Below are positions 36,873-45,628 of a stretch of 64,000 bases of DNA, in pieces. Within the stretch, counting starts at the first letter, position 1, and every line of letters begins with the position of its first letter. The notes beneath the pieces are model-generated. The model saw only the letters and a program-made list of their open reading frames with translations, did not search any database and was not told where the DNA came from. The translations under genes and the position numbers were made by a program. This DNA is from a virus (Duplodnaviria > Caudoviricetes): positions 31,603 through 95,602 of IMG/VR virus record IMGVR_UViG_2928826531_000001. The stretch is one strand, 5' to 3'.

Positions 36873-37340
36873 ATGTACGCACCGAAGCCTTTGCCGCGCG
36901 GAATCCGCAATAGAAACCCCGGCAACCTACGCCACGGCGACGACTGGCAAGGCCTGTCCGCCACCCAGGGCGATGCGGCCTTCTGCCAGTTCGACGATCC
37001 GGTCTACGGCCTGCGCGCCCTGATGCGGGTGCTGCTGAATTACCGCAGGAAGGCGGACGAGCAGGGGAAGCGGATCGTCACCATCCGGCAGGCGATCAAC
37101 CGCTGGGCCCCGCCGAAGGAGAACGACACCAACGCCTACGTGAACACGGTGGCCCGCCGCCTCGGTGTCGATCCGGACGCACCGGTCGATTGGGGCTTTC
37201 CGGAGACGCTGATCGGTATGGCCCGCGCCATCGTCACTCACGAGAACGGCCGGACCCCGCAGGACTGTCCGGCCGACTGGTATAGCCCTGAGCAGTATCA
37301 CCGGGCCGCCATGATGGCGCTCGGCCTGGTGGGGGCGTAG
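36873..37340 (+). CDS. Endolysin (lysozyme-like, RGIRNxNPGN family)
   Basis: PRGIRNRNPGNLR, F.QF..P.YGLRA, RWAPP.ENDT.AY, HENG; GGAGG RBS. Confidence 0.85.
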   Translation: MYAPKPLPRGIRNRNPGNLRHGDDWQGLSATQGDAAFCQFDDPVYGLRALMRVLLNYRRKADEQGKRIVTIRQAINRWAPPKENDTNAYVNTVARRLGVDPDAPVDWGFPETLIGMARAIVTHENGRTPQDCPADWYSPEQYHRAAMMALGLVGA

Positions 37341-37498
37341 GGGGCGGTTCGCGGCGTGTGCATGCTGAGCCAAGCTCCCCCGCCACTAACGCCCGAAGCG
37401 TCTTCGCGAACCGGTCCCAGCGTAACGCACCCAAGCGTCATCCACCAGCCGCCCGGCGCCCGCTCGGCGGCTTTTCTCATGCCCGAAAGGAGGGCTTT

Positions 37499-37897
37499 AT
37501 GCTCCAACTTCTTCCCCTGCTGATGCCGATCATCCAGGACCTGATCGGCCGCATCCCCGATCCGCAGGCCCAGGCCAAGGCGGCGGCCGAAATGCAGACC
37601 AAGCTCATCGACGTGCTGTCTGCGAGCGATGCGGCGCAGCTGCAGGTGAACGCCGCGGAGGCGGCCAACCCGTCGGTGTTCGTGTCGGGCTGGCGTCCTT
37701 TCGTCGGGTGGCTCTGCGCGATCGGCCTGGGCGTACAGACCATCGCCTATCCACTGGTCGGCTGGACGCTGTCGGTCTACTCGCCCGGCACGCGCCTGCC
37801 GCAGATCGACACCGAGACGCTCCTCGCCCTCCTGTTCCCGATGCTCGGCATCGGTGCGTACAGGACGATCGAGAAGGTCAAGGGCGTGGCAAAATGA
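37499..37897 (+). CDS. Holin of 3TM (GTA-type) family
   Basis: VN.AEA..PS.FVSGWRPFVGW.C, MLGIG.YRTIEK.KGV. Confidence 0.88.
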   Translation: MLQLLPLLMPIIQDLIGRIPDPQAQAKAAAEMQTKLIDVLSASDAAQLQVNAAEAANPSVFVSGWRPFVGWLCAIGLGVQTIAYPLVGWTLSVYSPGTRLPQIDTETLLALLFPMLGIGAYRTIEKVKGVAK

Positions 37898-38016
37898 CTG
37901 CGCTTGGAATTGCTGCGGGGCTGATTATCGGCTTCGCAGCCGGCCTCCTCTTCGTCGCGTGGAAGGCGAACGAGGCGGAGCGGCTCTATTCCAAGACGCG
38001 TAGGTGGCCGGGGTGA
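37894..38016 (+). CDS. Small single-TM protein
   Basis: ATGA overlap with holin; MTALGIAAGLIIGFAAGLLFVAWK. Confidence 0.45.
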   Translation: MTALGIAAGLIIGFAAGLLFVAWKANEAERLYSKTRRWPG

Positions 38017-38091
38017 TTAGCTTACCCGGGCCGGAAAGGGCAGTCGTACAACGGGCCACTCGGCAGCGGAGTGGCCCAGTGCCCAACCAGA

Positions 38092-38550
38092 TCAGGCCGC
38101 CGACCTGACCCGAGTGATGCACGGAGTGGTGAGCGGCTCCATCGCGCTCGGCCTGTACTCGGTCCCAGTTTCTTGGAGCCAGTTCGCCAGTTTCTGGTCC
38201 GCGCTCCGGATGTGCAGCAGGAACCAATTCAGAATGAAACGGCCAAGAACGTGACGAATTTCCTCTTCGGAAGCCTTGTCCTCGGCCAATCGATGCATCT
38301 CGGCTTCGGCGCGGTCGTGCATGGCCTTGTGGTCCGCGTGGAGAGGATAGCCGGCCTCCTGCATCACTATCTCTTCATTGGTGAAGTGGGTCTCCGTGTA
38401 CAGCAGCGTCTCGGCAAGCATTTGGCCGATGGTCTCGCCGTCGGGCGTCCCCTCGCCGTTGAAGCGGTCGAGCAGCCGCACGAACTCGCGGTGCTCGGCG
38501 TCAATCGCGTCAATACCAACGAGCGGGATGGGGAGGAGTGACTCTGACAT
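38092..38550 (-). CDS. Bacteriohemerythrin
   Basis: VGIDAIDAEH, HFTNEE, HKAMH and WFLLHIRSAD give the complete H/HxxxE/HxxxH/HxxxxD di-iron set. Confidence 0.92.
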   Translation of the reverse strand: MSESLLPIPLVGIDAIDAEHREFVRLLDRFNGEGTPDGETIGQMLAETLLYTETHFTNEEIVMQEAGYPLHADHKAMHDRAEAEMHRLAEDKASEEEIRHVLGRFILNWFLLHIRSADQKLANWLQETGTEYRPSAMEPLTTPCITRVRSAA

Positions 38551-38698
38551 GGTGATTCCTGCACGGCCTATGCGCCGGCAGATAGCGGAGAATTGTTTTG
38601 AACGCAAATGAATTGCCTGCCGAACGGCCTGCGTCAGGCTGCCGCACCCGGCCTGCCACAGGCCATGGCGGTGTCCACAATGAGTGGAACGGTCCCGA

Positions 38699-39451
38699 TT
38701 ACGTCGGGACCGTCTCCAGTTTGGCGCGGAGCGCCGCGATGCGCTCATCCAGGCGCGCCCGCTCCGCCTCGAGGCGGGCAAGCTCGGCGCGGTCGGCGTC
38801 CTCTTGGCTGCCGACCGTCACCGCCGTCGTCGCGCTCCGGAGCGCCTTCCCATAGGCGTCCATCGCCTTGACGGTGGCGGTCGGGCTCAGAATGCCGTCG
38901 GCCACCGCTTTGTCGACAGCCTCATCGCCGAACGCCGACAATTTCTTCAGCAAGCGTTGCGCCGCGTCCGCCTTAGCGGGTTCGCTCTCCCACTCTTCCT
39001 GCTTGCCAGGCAGAAGCTTCTGGTCGATCACCTCTGCCACGCGCATCAGCCGGCGCAGCTTGGACGGGTGTTCGCCCACCAGGGCGGCGACACGGTCCAG
39101 CGCCTGCATCACCGCGCCATGCTCGAAGCTGTTCAGGCCAACGCGGATGATCTTGCCGAGGCGCACGGCCTCGGCCTTCCCGCGCTGCCACGCGTCGACA
39201 GCCAGCTCCTCGAATTGTTCAACGTTGAAAAATCTGTCCGGAATAGCCGGCGTTTCGTCGCGTTGCGGCGGCAGCACCTCCCCGGACGCCACCGGTGACG
39301 CGGCCACCGCTTGGCTCGGCATCTGCGACGCCAGCGGCGCGAGCGCGGTTTCCAGGTAGGCCTTCGACACCGGCGGAAGCTCCTTCTTCCGCGTAGCCTT
39401 TTTCACGATGTCGACGTCGATTCCCGCGGCCTGGCTCTTACGCGGCGGCAT
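38699..39451 (-). CDS. ParA partner protein (putative centromere-binding, non-canonical)
   Basis: Overlaps the parA 3' end; basic flexible N-terminus, C-terminal coiled coil; no ParB GxxRxxA motif visible. Confidence 0.6.
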   Translation of the reverse strand: MPPRKSQAAGIDVDIVKKATRKKELPPVSKAYLETALAPLASQMPSQAVAASPVASGEVLPPQRDETPAIPDRFFNVEQFEELAVDAWQRGKAEAVRLGKIIRVGLNSFEHGAVMQALDRVAALVGEHPSKLRRLMRVAEVIDQKLLPGKQEEWESEPAKADAAQRLLKKLSAFGDEAVDKAVADGILSPTATVKAMDAYGKALRSATTAVTVGSQEDADRAELARLEAERARLDERIAALRAKLETVPT

Positions 39452-40085
39452 GGGCGTCCTCCAGCATCGCGAGCGCTTCCCGAACCACCGCCGTCACGTC
39501 CTCACGGATGGACATGTCATCCAGCGGCGAGCCCGTGTAGCTGGCCCCCTGGTAGGCGGCACGCTGCGGCAGCTGCGCGTCGAGCACCGGAACGCCGAGC
39601 GCCGCGAGCTGCCCGCGGGTGTGGCTGGTCACCTTGGCCTGTGGGTTGACGCGCATCATCACCGCGGCGTGCGCAATCGAAGCGGCGGGGTTGTGCTTCC
39701 GCGCCATGGCGATGGCGTTCGTTACATGGCCGTGGGTGCGCAGGGCCTCGCCGAGATCCTTGTTGTCCGCCTGGACGGGGATCAGGACAAGATCGGCGGC
39801 GCCGATGGCGTAAACGAGGGCCTTCGCCTGCGCGCCGGCCACGTCGATCAGCACGAAGTCCACCGCCGCGCTCGCCTCGTCCACGGCGCTGATCACATCG
39901 TCCTCGCCAACGCCGCGGCACTCGATCTCACCCGCTATGTGCGCCCACGCCGAGAGGTTCTTGTTCGGATCGGTGTCCAGGCATCGCACCGACGCTCCGG
40001 CCCGCCGCAGATAGTCGGCCAGGCACATGGTGAGCGTGGTTTTGCCAGCACCGCCTTTGGTGGTCGCGATGGCAATCGTTGGCAT
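39438..40085 (-). CDS. parA: ParA family partition ATPase (short type Ib)
   Basis: KGGAGKTT, DTDPN, VLIDVAG, ADLVLIP, L.QRAAY. Confidence 0.93.
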   Translation of the reverse strand: MPTIAIATTKGGAGKTTLTMCLADYLRRAGASVRCLDTDPNKNLSAWAHIAGEIECRGVGEDDVISAVDEASAAVDFVLIDVAGAQAKALVYAIGAADLVLIPVQADNKDLGEALRTHGHVTNAIAMARKHNPAASIAHAAVMMRVNPQAKVTSHTRGQLAALGVPVLDAQLPQRAAYQGASYTGSPLDDMSIREDVTAVVREALAMLEDAHAAA

Positions 40086-40128
40086 GAAGGTCTCCCCTGT
40101 GGTGGCGAGCGTATTGGAAAGCCGGATG

Positions 40129-41148
40129 TCAGCGGAGGTTTTCGGTCTCGGCGATGGCCGCCGCGACAACCGGAACCCATTTGGCGAGATTTTCAGGAGC
40201 GGTCGCTCCCTTCGGCAGCGCAACGCCCGCGGCCTCGGCGTGCTTGACCCACCGCATGCGGGTCTGAATGTCGGCTCCTTGCATCCACGCGAGGGCCAGC
40301 CGCACCAGGCGGGCCTCCTCCTGCTCCTCGACCTTGATCTTCCGCTCGCCGCGACGCTGCACGCGCGCCTTATCCAATTCACGGGCAGCGGCTGCCGCGG
40401 CGGCGGGGTCCTTGCGGTCGATCCAAAATGTCACCTCGACGACCTTTCCGCCCCCGCGGCCGCGCCCTTCGCGGCGCTCCGACATGCGGACGCGGAACTC
40501 GGCGAGATCGTTGATCTCCTCGATCGCCGGCTGGATGGCCCGGACGTTGAAATCCTTCCAGTCCTTCAGCTTGTCGCGACAGCCGAACAGGTCGCGCAAT
40601 TCGGACGTTTTGACAGGCCAGAACGGCGCCTCGGCGTTGCGGTCGGCGTAGCGCTTCAGGATCTCGTACAGGATCAGCGCGTACTTGGACTCGAACTGGT
40701 AGACGACCTTCAGGGAGATGTAGGAGTACAGCGCCGGCTCGATCAGCCGCTCCGCCAGCCCCTTCGGGAAGCTGTAGGTCAACTCGCCCGTGCGCTCAAC
40801 CAACTCGCATTCACCGAGCAGCTGGGACGACCGCCACACCTCACCGCGCGACGAATCCAGGTAGTTGAACTGGACCATGGTCTGCTGCAGGCGGGTGATG
40901 CTGGCCTTGATGCGCCGGTTGCTCGTGTCCTCGATCCCGTCCCGGGCCGCGGCGGCGAACGACCGTATTTCGGACATCTTGACAGTGTGCGCGTCGACCT
41001 TGCCCAGATCGCGGTAGGCCGCGGCCAGCAAGTGGTTGAACAGCCGCCGGTCGGCCAGGGTCAGGCTGCCCTCTGGCTCGCTGATTTCCACCGCACCAGT
41101 CGATTTGGGGAACTGGCTGGGGTATTTGACCGGGCTGTTCGCGCTCAT
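40129..41148 (-). CDS. Plasmid replication initiator (Rep_3 / RepB-like)
   Basis: LTL.DRRLFN.LL, L.YSF, F.SKYAL.LYE, ELR.LFG, F..RAI.PAI.EIN. Confidence 0.9.
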   Translation of the reverse strand: MSANSPVKYPSQFPKSTGAVEISEPEGSLTLADRRLFNHLLAAAYRDLGKVDAHTVKMSEIRSFAAAARDGIEDTSNRRIKASITRLQQTMVQFNYLDSSRGEVWRSSQLLGECELVERTGELTYSFPKGLAERLIEPALYSYISLKVVYQFESKYALILYEILKRYADRNAEAPFWPVKTSELRDLFGCRDKLKDWKDFNVRAIQPAIEEINDLAEFRVRMSERREGRGRGGGKVVEVTFWIDRKDPAAAAAAARELDKARVQRRGERKIKVEEQEEARLVRLALAWMQGADIQTRMRWVKHAEAAGVALPKGATAPENLAKWVPVVAAAIAETENLR

Positions 41149-41159
41149 GCCGCCATCTT

Positions 41160-41535
41160 CTTCGGACAAGCGGTGATTCGGCAAGTCCGAAAAGCCTGTC
41201 AAAATGTCCGAAAATGCGATGTCACTGGCGAGATGTCCGAAAACGGCCGTGCGGCCTGACGAGACGTCCGAAAAAGGCCGGAGCCCTGACGAGATGTCCG
41301 GTAGTGGCTGGCCAACTGTCCGATAGAGGCTGACGGGATGTCCGAATCACCCGACCAAACGTCCGAACCTGCCTCGCAGCCTCTTGATTCTACAGCGTGA
41401 ATCGCTCCCTAGGAATCTAGAGGAATCTTAGGAATCCAGGAAAAGGCCTTTTCGGACATTTGGACAGAAGGAGGGGCCGAAGCCCGCAGCGCCAGCGACT
41501 CGGACGCGACTCGGCAATTCGGACATGTCGACAGG
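41160..41535. repeat. Iteron-containing replication origin
   Basis: Eight direct GTCCG(A) cores at 41185, 41206, 41235, 41266, 41296, 41318, 41340 and 41361 (best copies CTGACGAGATGTCCGA); inverted copies near 41452 and 41519; triple GGAATC repeat at 41411-41436. Confidence 0.85.
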
Positions 41536-41612
41536 TGGGGCGTCGCGCGGCTGTCGGATCCGTGTTGCGGCAGCAGAGCGGGGCGCTTGGCGAGGCGCCC
41601 CGGTATCGCGCG

Positions 41613-41909
41613 TCAGTCGTCCAGCAAGCCGCGGACGGCAGCCCCGGCCCGCACGTTGCCGTACCAATGGCGCGCCCGCAGATTGCAGGGTCTGTCCGAG
41701 CCGCCCAAGGCGCGGGGAAGGATGTGATCGATCTCCCAGCCGTGAGGGGAGGAGCGGTCACCGTGGTCGGTTACATGCATCCAGTATTGATCGGTGTCGA
41801 GTTTCCAGTCGCCGAACGGGAAGTCGGGATGGGTCGGGACACTGTTCCAAGCGAGCCATTTGCGAACATCGGCGGAGCAGGGGACGGGAATGGCGCACAG
41901 CAAACACAT
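41613..41909 (-). CDS. HNH endonuclease-like protein
   Basis: GWEIDHILP...GGSD...NLRA.HW..N; GAAGGAG RBS. Confidence 0.82.
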   Translation of the reverse strand: MCLLCAIPVPCSADVRKWLAWNSVPTHPDFPFGDWKLDTDQYWMHVTDHGDRSSPHGWEIDHILPRALGGSDRPCNLRARHWYGNVRAGAAVRGLLDD

Positions 41910-42136
41910 GCTCGGTCTCCTTCGTTGGGCAGGCCGGCGTCGTCCGACGCGGGCGGTGCGGTGTGTCTCCACAATGGGGAGGCAGGGACTGGGCGTCAAG
42001 CGCCGGCGGGAGGCGCGGCCGATTGCCCAATGATACAAATTGGAGAATATACTTCCGAGAGCGGAGGGGCGTGCTGGAGCGGCTCCGTTTTGGGGCGGTT
42101 GGACCGCTGGCGCGCCCGAATTCCGGCCGCCGGATT

Positions 42137-42164
42137 AGCCGCGACAAGGCGGATTATCGCGGCT
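42137..42164. other. Tyrosine recombinase resolution site (11-6-11)
   Basis: AGCCGCGACAA-GGCGGA-TTATCGCGGCT, inverted arms with one mismatch, upstream of the resolvase operon. Confidence 0.7.
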
Positions 42165-42245
42165 GATGAGGGATGACAGCGGGGCTGAAGCTTGGCAGAA
42201 TGCCGCTCCGCGTCCGTCGTCCACCCCGCCCCCGTGAGAGCCCGC

Positions 42246-42788
42246 ATGGCAGACACCGCCCAGAACGGCCGCGCCGCCGAAAAGTACGTCGACTACCTGC
42301 TCACCGCCGCCGGTCTGCACAGCATGAACGTCAACGCCGTCGAGCAGAACACCCCGAACATCGACATCATCGCCTGGGCGGCGGACGGCACCGAGTACCG
42401 CATTTCCGTGAAGTCGGGCGCTTACCGGCACATGGCGCAAGCCGCGCATTCCGAGGGTTTCGCCAAGGCGGGCGGGCGCGCGTTCAACACCAAGCCCGGA
42501 CCGCGGGCGACGCACGTGGCGCTGGTCGCGAATGGCGGGCCGGGCGACATCCGCGTGGCGTTTCTGCCGGTCGCCGAGGCCGAAGCCCTCGTGAAGACGC
42601 GCATCGAGACGTGGAAGACCACGCGGAAGCGGGATGGAGCGCTGCGCAAGGATTTCCCGGTCTACCTGGTGTTCGAAGGCCTAAAAGCGTGCCATTCCAG
42701 CGAGCTCATCCCGGAACGCTATCACGGGGTCGCCGCCCTGTTGCGGGATCCAACCACGGCGGCCGACTGTGCGGACGCGCCGGCATGA
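42246..42788 (+). CDS. PD-(D/E)XK nuclease-like protein
   Basis: G..AE.YV..LL, P.IDIIA, RISVKS; ATGA overlap with the recombinase. Confidence 0.65.
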   Translation: MADTAQNGRAAEKYVDYLLTAAGLHSMNVNAVEQNTPNIDIIAWAADGTEYRISVKSGAYRHMAQAAHSEGFAKAGGRAFNTKPGPRATHVALVANGGPGDIRVAFLPVAEAEALVKTRIETWKTTRKRDGALRKDFPVYLVFEGLKACHSSELIPERYHGVAALLRDPTTAADCADAPA

Positions 42789-43756
42789 CGCTTCCGGTGC
42801 CTGTGCCCCCGGCGCCGCCAACGGCGTCCGGCGCTCTCGAGCGCTCCGTTGACCGGGCCCGCGCCTACGCCGCCCAGGCCCGCGCGGCCAATACCGCGCG
42901 CGCCTACCGCGCCGCGTGGGACGCCTTCGTCGGCTGGTGCGCCGCGCGCGCCCTCGATCCGTGGGCGAACGACCCGGCGGCGGTGGCGCTGTTCCTCGCC
43001 GACGAGGCCGCCGCCGGCCGCAAGATGAGCACGTTGCGGCTGCGGCTGGCGGCGATCGCCGCGAACCACCGCGCCATCGGCACGCCGCTCGACACCCGTG
43101 ACGCCCGGCTGCGCGCCGTCCTGGCCGGCGTCGCCCGCGTCCACGGCTCGCGGCCGCGGCAAGCCGCCCCGCTGCGCCCGGCGCAACTCCGGGACATGGT
43201 GGCGGCGTTGCCAGGGACGCCGGCCGGTGCCCGTGATCGCGCGCTGTTACTGCTGGGATTCGCCGCGGCGCTGCGGCGGAGCGAACTGGTCGCGCTCGAG
43301 CGCGCCGACGTCCGTCGCGACGAACGCGGCCTGCTGCTGCTCATCCGCGCCTCGAAGACCGACCAGGGCGGGGAAGGGCAGGAGGTCGCCGTGCCGAAGG
43401 GGCGCAGCGCCGCGACCTGCCCGGTGGCCGCGCTCGACGCCTGGCTCGCCGTGCGCGGCGATGGCCCGGGGCCGCTGCTGCGCGCCGTTTCGAAGGCCGG
43501 GCGGGTGCTGGAGCGCGGCCTGCACCCCGGCACCGTGGCCGACGTCGTGAAGGCGGCGGCCTGGCGCATCGGCCTGGATCCGGCGCTGCTCTCCGGGCAC
43601 AGCCTGCGCGCCGGGCTGGCCACCGCCGCCGCCGCGCAAGGCGCCCAACTGCACCAGATCATGAAGCAGACCCGGCACAAGAGCGCCGACGTCGCCCGCA
43701 CCTACATCCGCGAGGCCGAGCTCTGGCAGGACAACGTGGCGGGGCTGGTGCTGTGA
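42785..43756 (+). CDS. Tyrosine recombinase (Cre-like plasmid dimer resolvase)
   Basis: NT.RAY..AW, RDRALLLLGF..ALRRSEL, SKTDQ, GHSLRAG, TRHKS, YIR give the R-K-H-R-H-Y set. Confidence 0.93.
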   Translation: MTLPVPVPPAPPTASGALERSVDRARAYAAQARAANTARAYRAAWDAFVGWCAARALDPWANDPAAVALFLADEAAAGRKMSTLRLRLAAIAANHRAIGTPLDTRDARLRAVLAGVARVHGSRPRQAAPLRPAQLRDMVAALPGTPAGARDRALLLLGFAAALRRSELVALERADVRRDERGLLLLIRASKTDQGGEGQEVAVPKGRSAATCPVAALDAWLAVRGDGPGPLLRAVSKAGRVLERGLHPGTVADVVKAAAWRIGLDPALLSGHSLRAGLATAAAAQGAQLHQIMKQTRHKSADVARTYIREAELWQDNVAGLVL

Positions 43757-44089
43757 CGAGGGCGTTGGGCTGTCGCACGGTGATCTGCGATGTGTCCGGG
43801 GCTCTTCGTTACGTGCAGGCGCTCGCAATCATCACCAAATTCTGCTCAGATTGACTGCGGCGGGTGACGCCGTCGTGCTCACATTCGGTGCGTTTGTGCT
43901 CGATCAGATGCCCCGTGCTCGCGATCGCAGACGGCCGCTCGCATTCGATGAAACGTTCCATTCGGCGATAGACCTTGGGATGGCATTGTCTCAGATATCG
44001 AGAAACAATCCTGTCGAGACACGCTGAGACGTCTCAACGCAACGCCTGAGCAGGGTAAACTCAAGAGATACAGGGCGGGGAGATGGAGC

Positions 44090-44776
44090 ATGGTTAATGT
44101 GTATGCTTGCGCGTTTGGCGAAGAGGAACGAAATGAGGATATGCGGTCAATAGCCACCATTCTCAGGCTCAGACTTCTGGTCGGTGAAGGAGTGACGAAT
44201 GTTCCTCCTCCAGCCATAGAACTGTTAACCGCAAACTTCGATCGAAGAAAATGGGCAGAGCTGAGTGGTTTGATATGCCATCTAGGATGGAAAGCTAGTG
44301 AGGTTGGAGGTAAGCTAGTTGGGTGTCAATTTTGGAGCGCTGCGGCTTACTACCGGATAAAAAATGCCTGGGAAGGCGTGTCACATGGCAGGGATGCGCA
44401 AGGAAAACAATTTGCAGAGTTTGCGCAGTTTCTTGGGAGAAAGGATTGGGGAGGCATAGGGATTGAGCACGAGCACGTCCATCGATTGGAGGATCTCCCA
44501 GGCCTTGTCCAGCAAACATGGGTGAGACTGAGGAATGGCGATGAGTGGCAGCAGATAGGGGAGTTGAAACGCCTTCTCATCCGATGCGCAGTGGGTTGCG
44601 TCGTAACAAGGGAAGAGCATCAACGCGTACACCGCATTCCGTCCCAAGAGGAGAACCCGTGGTTACGCTACGCGCAGCCAAATACTCCGATCCTCCTGCA
44701 TCCGCGCGACCAATGGCCAGAACCTCACGATGAGCTCATCCGTGGGGCTGGGATAGTTGCAAGACAGCAGCGATAG
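44090..44776 (+). CDS. Low-GC hypothetical protein, possibly HNH-like
   Basis: EHEHV...VVTREEH...PWLRY; lower GC than flanks; start uncertain. Confidence 0.55.
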   Translation: MVNVYACAFGEEERNEDMRSIATILRLRLLVGEGVTNVPPPAIELLTANFDRRKWAELSGLICHLGWKASEVGGKLVGCQFWSAAAYYRIKNAWEGVSHGRDAQGKQFAEFAQFLGRKDWGGIGIEHEHVHRLEDLPGLVQQTWVRLRNGDEWQQIGELKRLLIRCAVGCVVTREEHQRVHRIPSQEENPWLRYAQPNTPILLHPRDQWPEPHDELIRGAGIVARQQR

Positions 44777-44908
44777 GCAGGGGTGAGCCTACGGCCGCGC
44801 ATACCCAGCCGGCGCGCCATCTTGTTGATCCGAGGTTGATGATGATAGTGGCGGAGCAAATCGAAAGAGGTATACTCCGGATGTCCGCCACATCTCCTGC
44901 CAAGGTCC

Positions 44909-45619
44909 ATGAGCTACGATCCGCAAGTGCCTTTCCAGGCTACAGGCTTCGCGTTGGCGGAGTTCGCCGAAAATCCGGAGCCGCGTTGCCCCTGCGTCTT
45001 GCTGCTCGACACCTCCGCGTCGATGGGCGGCCAACCGATTACGGAGCTCAATGCCGGTCTCGTGGCGTTTAAGGATGAGCTCATGGCGGACCCTATGGCG
45101 GTGAAGCGCGTCGAGGTGGGAATCGTCGGCTTTGGGCCGGTGCGGACCGTCACTGATTTTACAACTGCGGATGTCTTTCAGCCGCCCCATCTCTCCGCCA
45201 CCGGCGACACCCCTATGGGCGCTGCTATCGAGCGGGCTCTCGATATGATTGAGGCGCGCAAGGCTGTGTATAAGCAGAACGGGGTGTCCTATTACCGTCC
45301 CTGGGTCTTTCTGTTGACGGACGGAGCACCGACCGATGCGTGGGCGAATGCCGCCACCCGGATCCGGGAGGGGGAGGCCACGAAGAAGCTCATGTTTTTC
45401 GCTGTAGGCGTCGAAGGCGCTAACATGCAGATCCTGTCGCAGATCGCCACGCGCGACCCGCTGAAGCTGAAAGGGGTGCGGTTCCGCGACCTGTTCTCCT
45501 GGCTGTCCTCGTCCCTTGGTTCGGTCTCGCGGTCCAATCCGGGCAACGGATCGGACACGGCTGAGGTTGTCGCATTTTCCAATCCTGTCACGCCGAACGG
45601 CTGGGCATCGACTGCCTGA
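44909..45619 (+). CDS. TerY-like vWA domain protein
   Basis: [15 protein letters not shown] (MIDAS), TPMG.A, YYRPW.FL.TDG.PTD, F.WLS.S. Confidence 0.93.
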   Translation: MSYDPQVPFQATGFALAEFAENPEPRCPCVLLLDTSASMGGQPITELNAGLVAFKDELMADPMAVKRVEVGIVGFGPVRTVTDFTTADVFQPPHLSATGDTPMGAAIERALDMIEARKAVYKQNGVSYYRPWVFLLTDGAPTDAWANAATRIREGEATKKLMFFAVGVEGANMQILSQIATRDPLKLKGVRFRDLFSWLSSSLGSVSRSNPGNGSDTAEVVAFSNPVTPNGWASTA

Positions 45620-45628
45620 GGGTGGGCT

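Noticed and set aside
41180-41370. Regular repeats as a CRISPR or guide-RNA array
   Set aside because: Repeats are short and degenerate with 21-31 bp periodicity, sit beside rep, and no cas-like gene is present; iterons explain them
42785-43756. Recombinase as a chromosomal integrase
   Set aside because: No arm-binding domain, Cre-like signature, no tRNA/att junction, and phage genes continue on both sides
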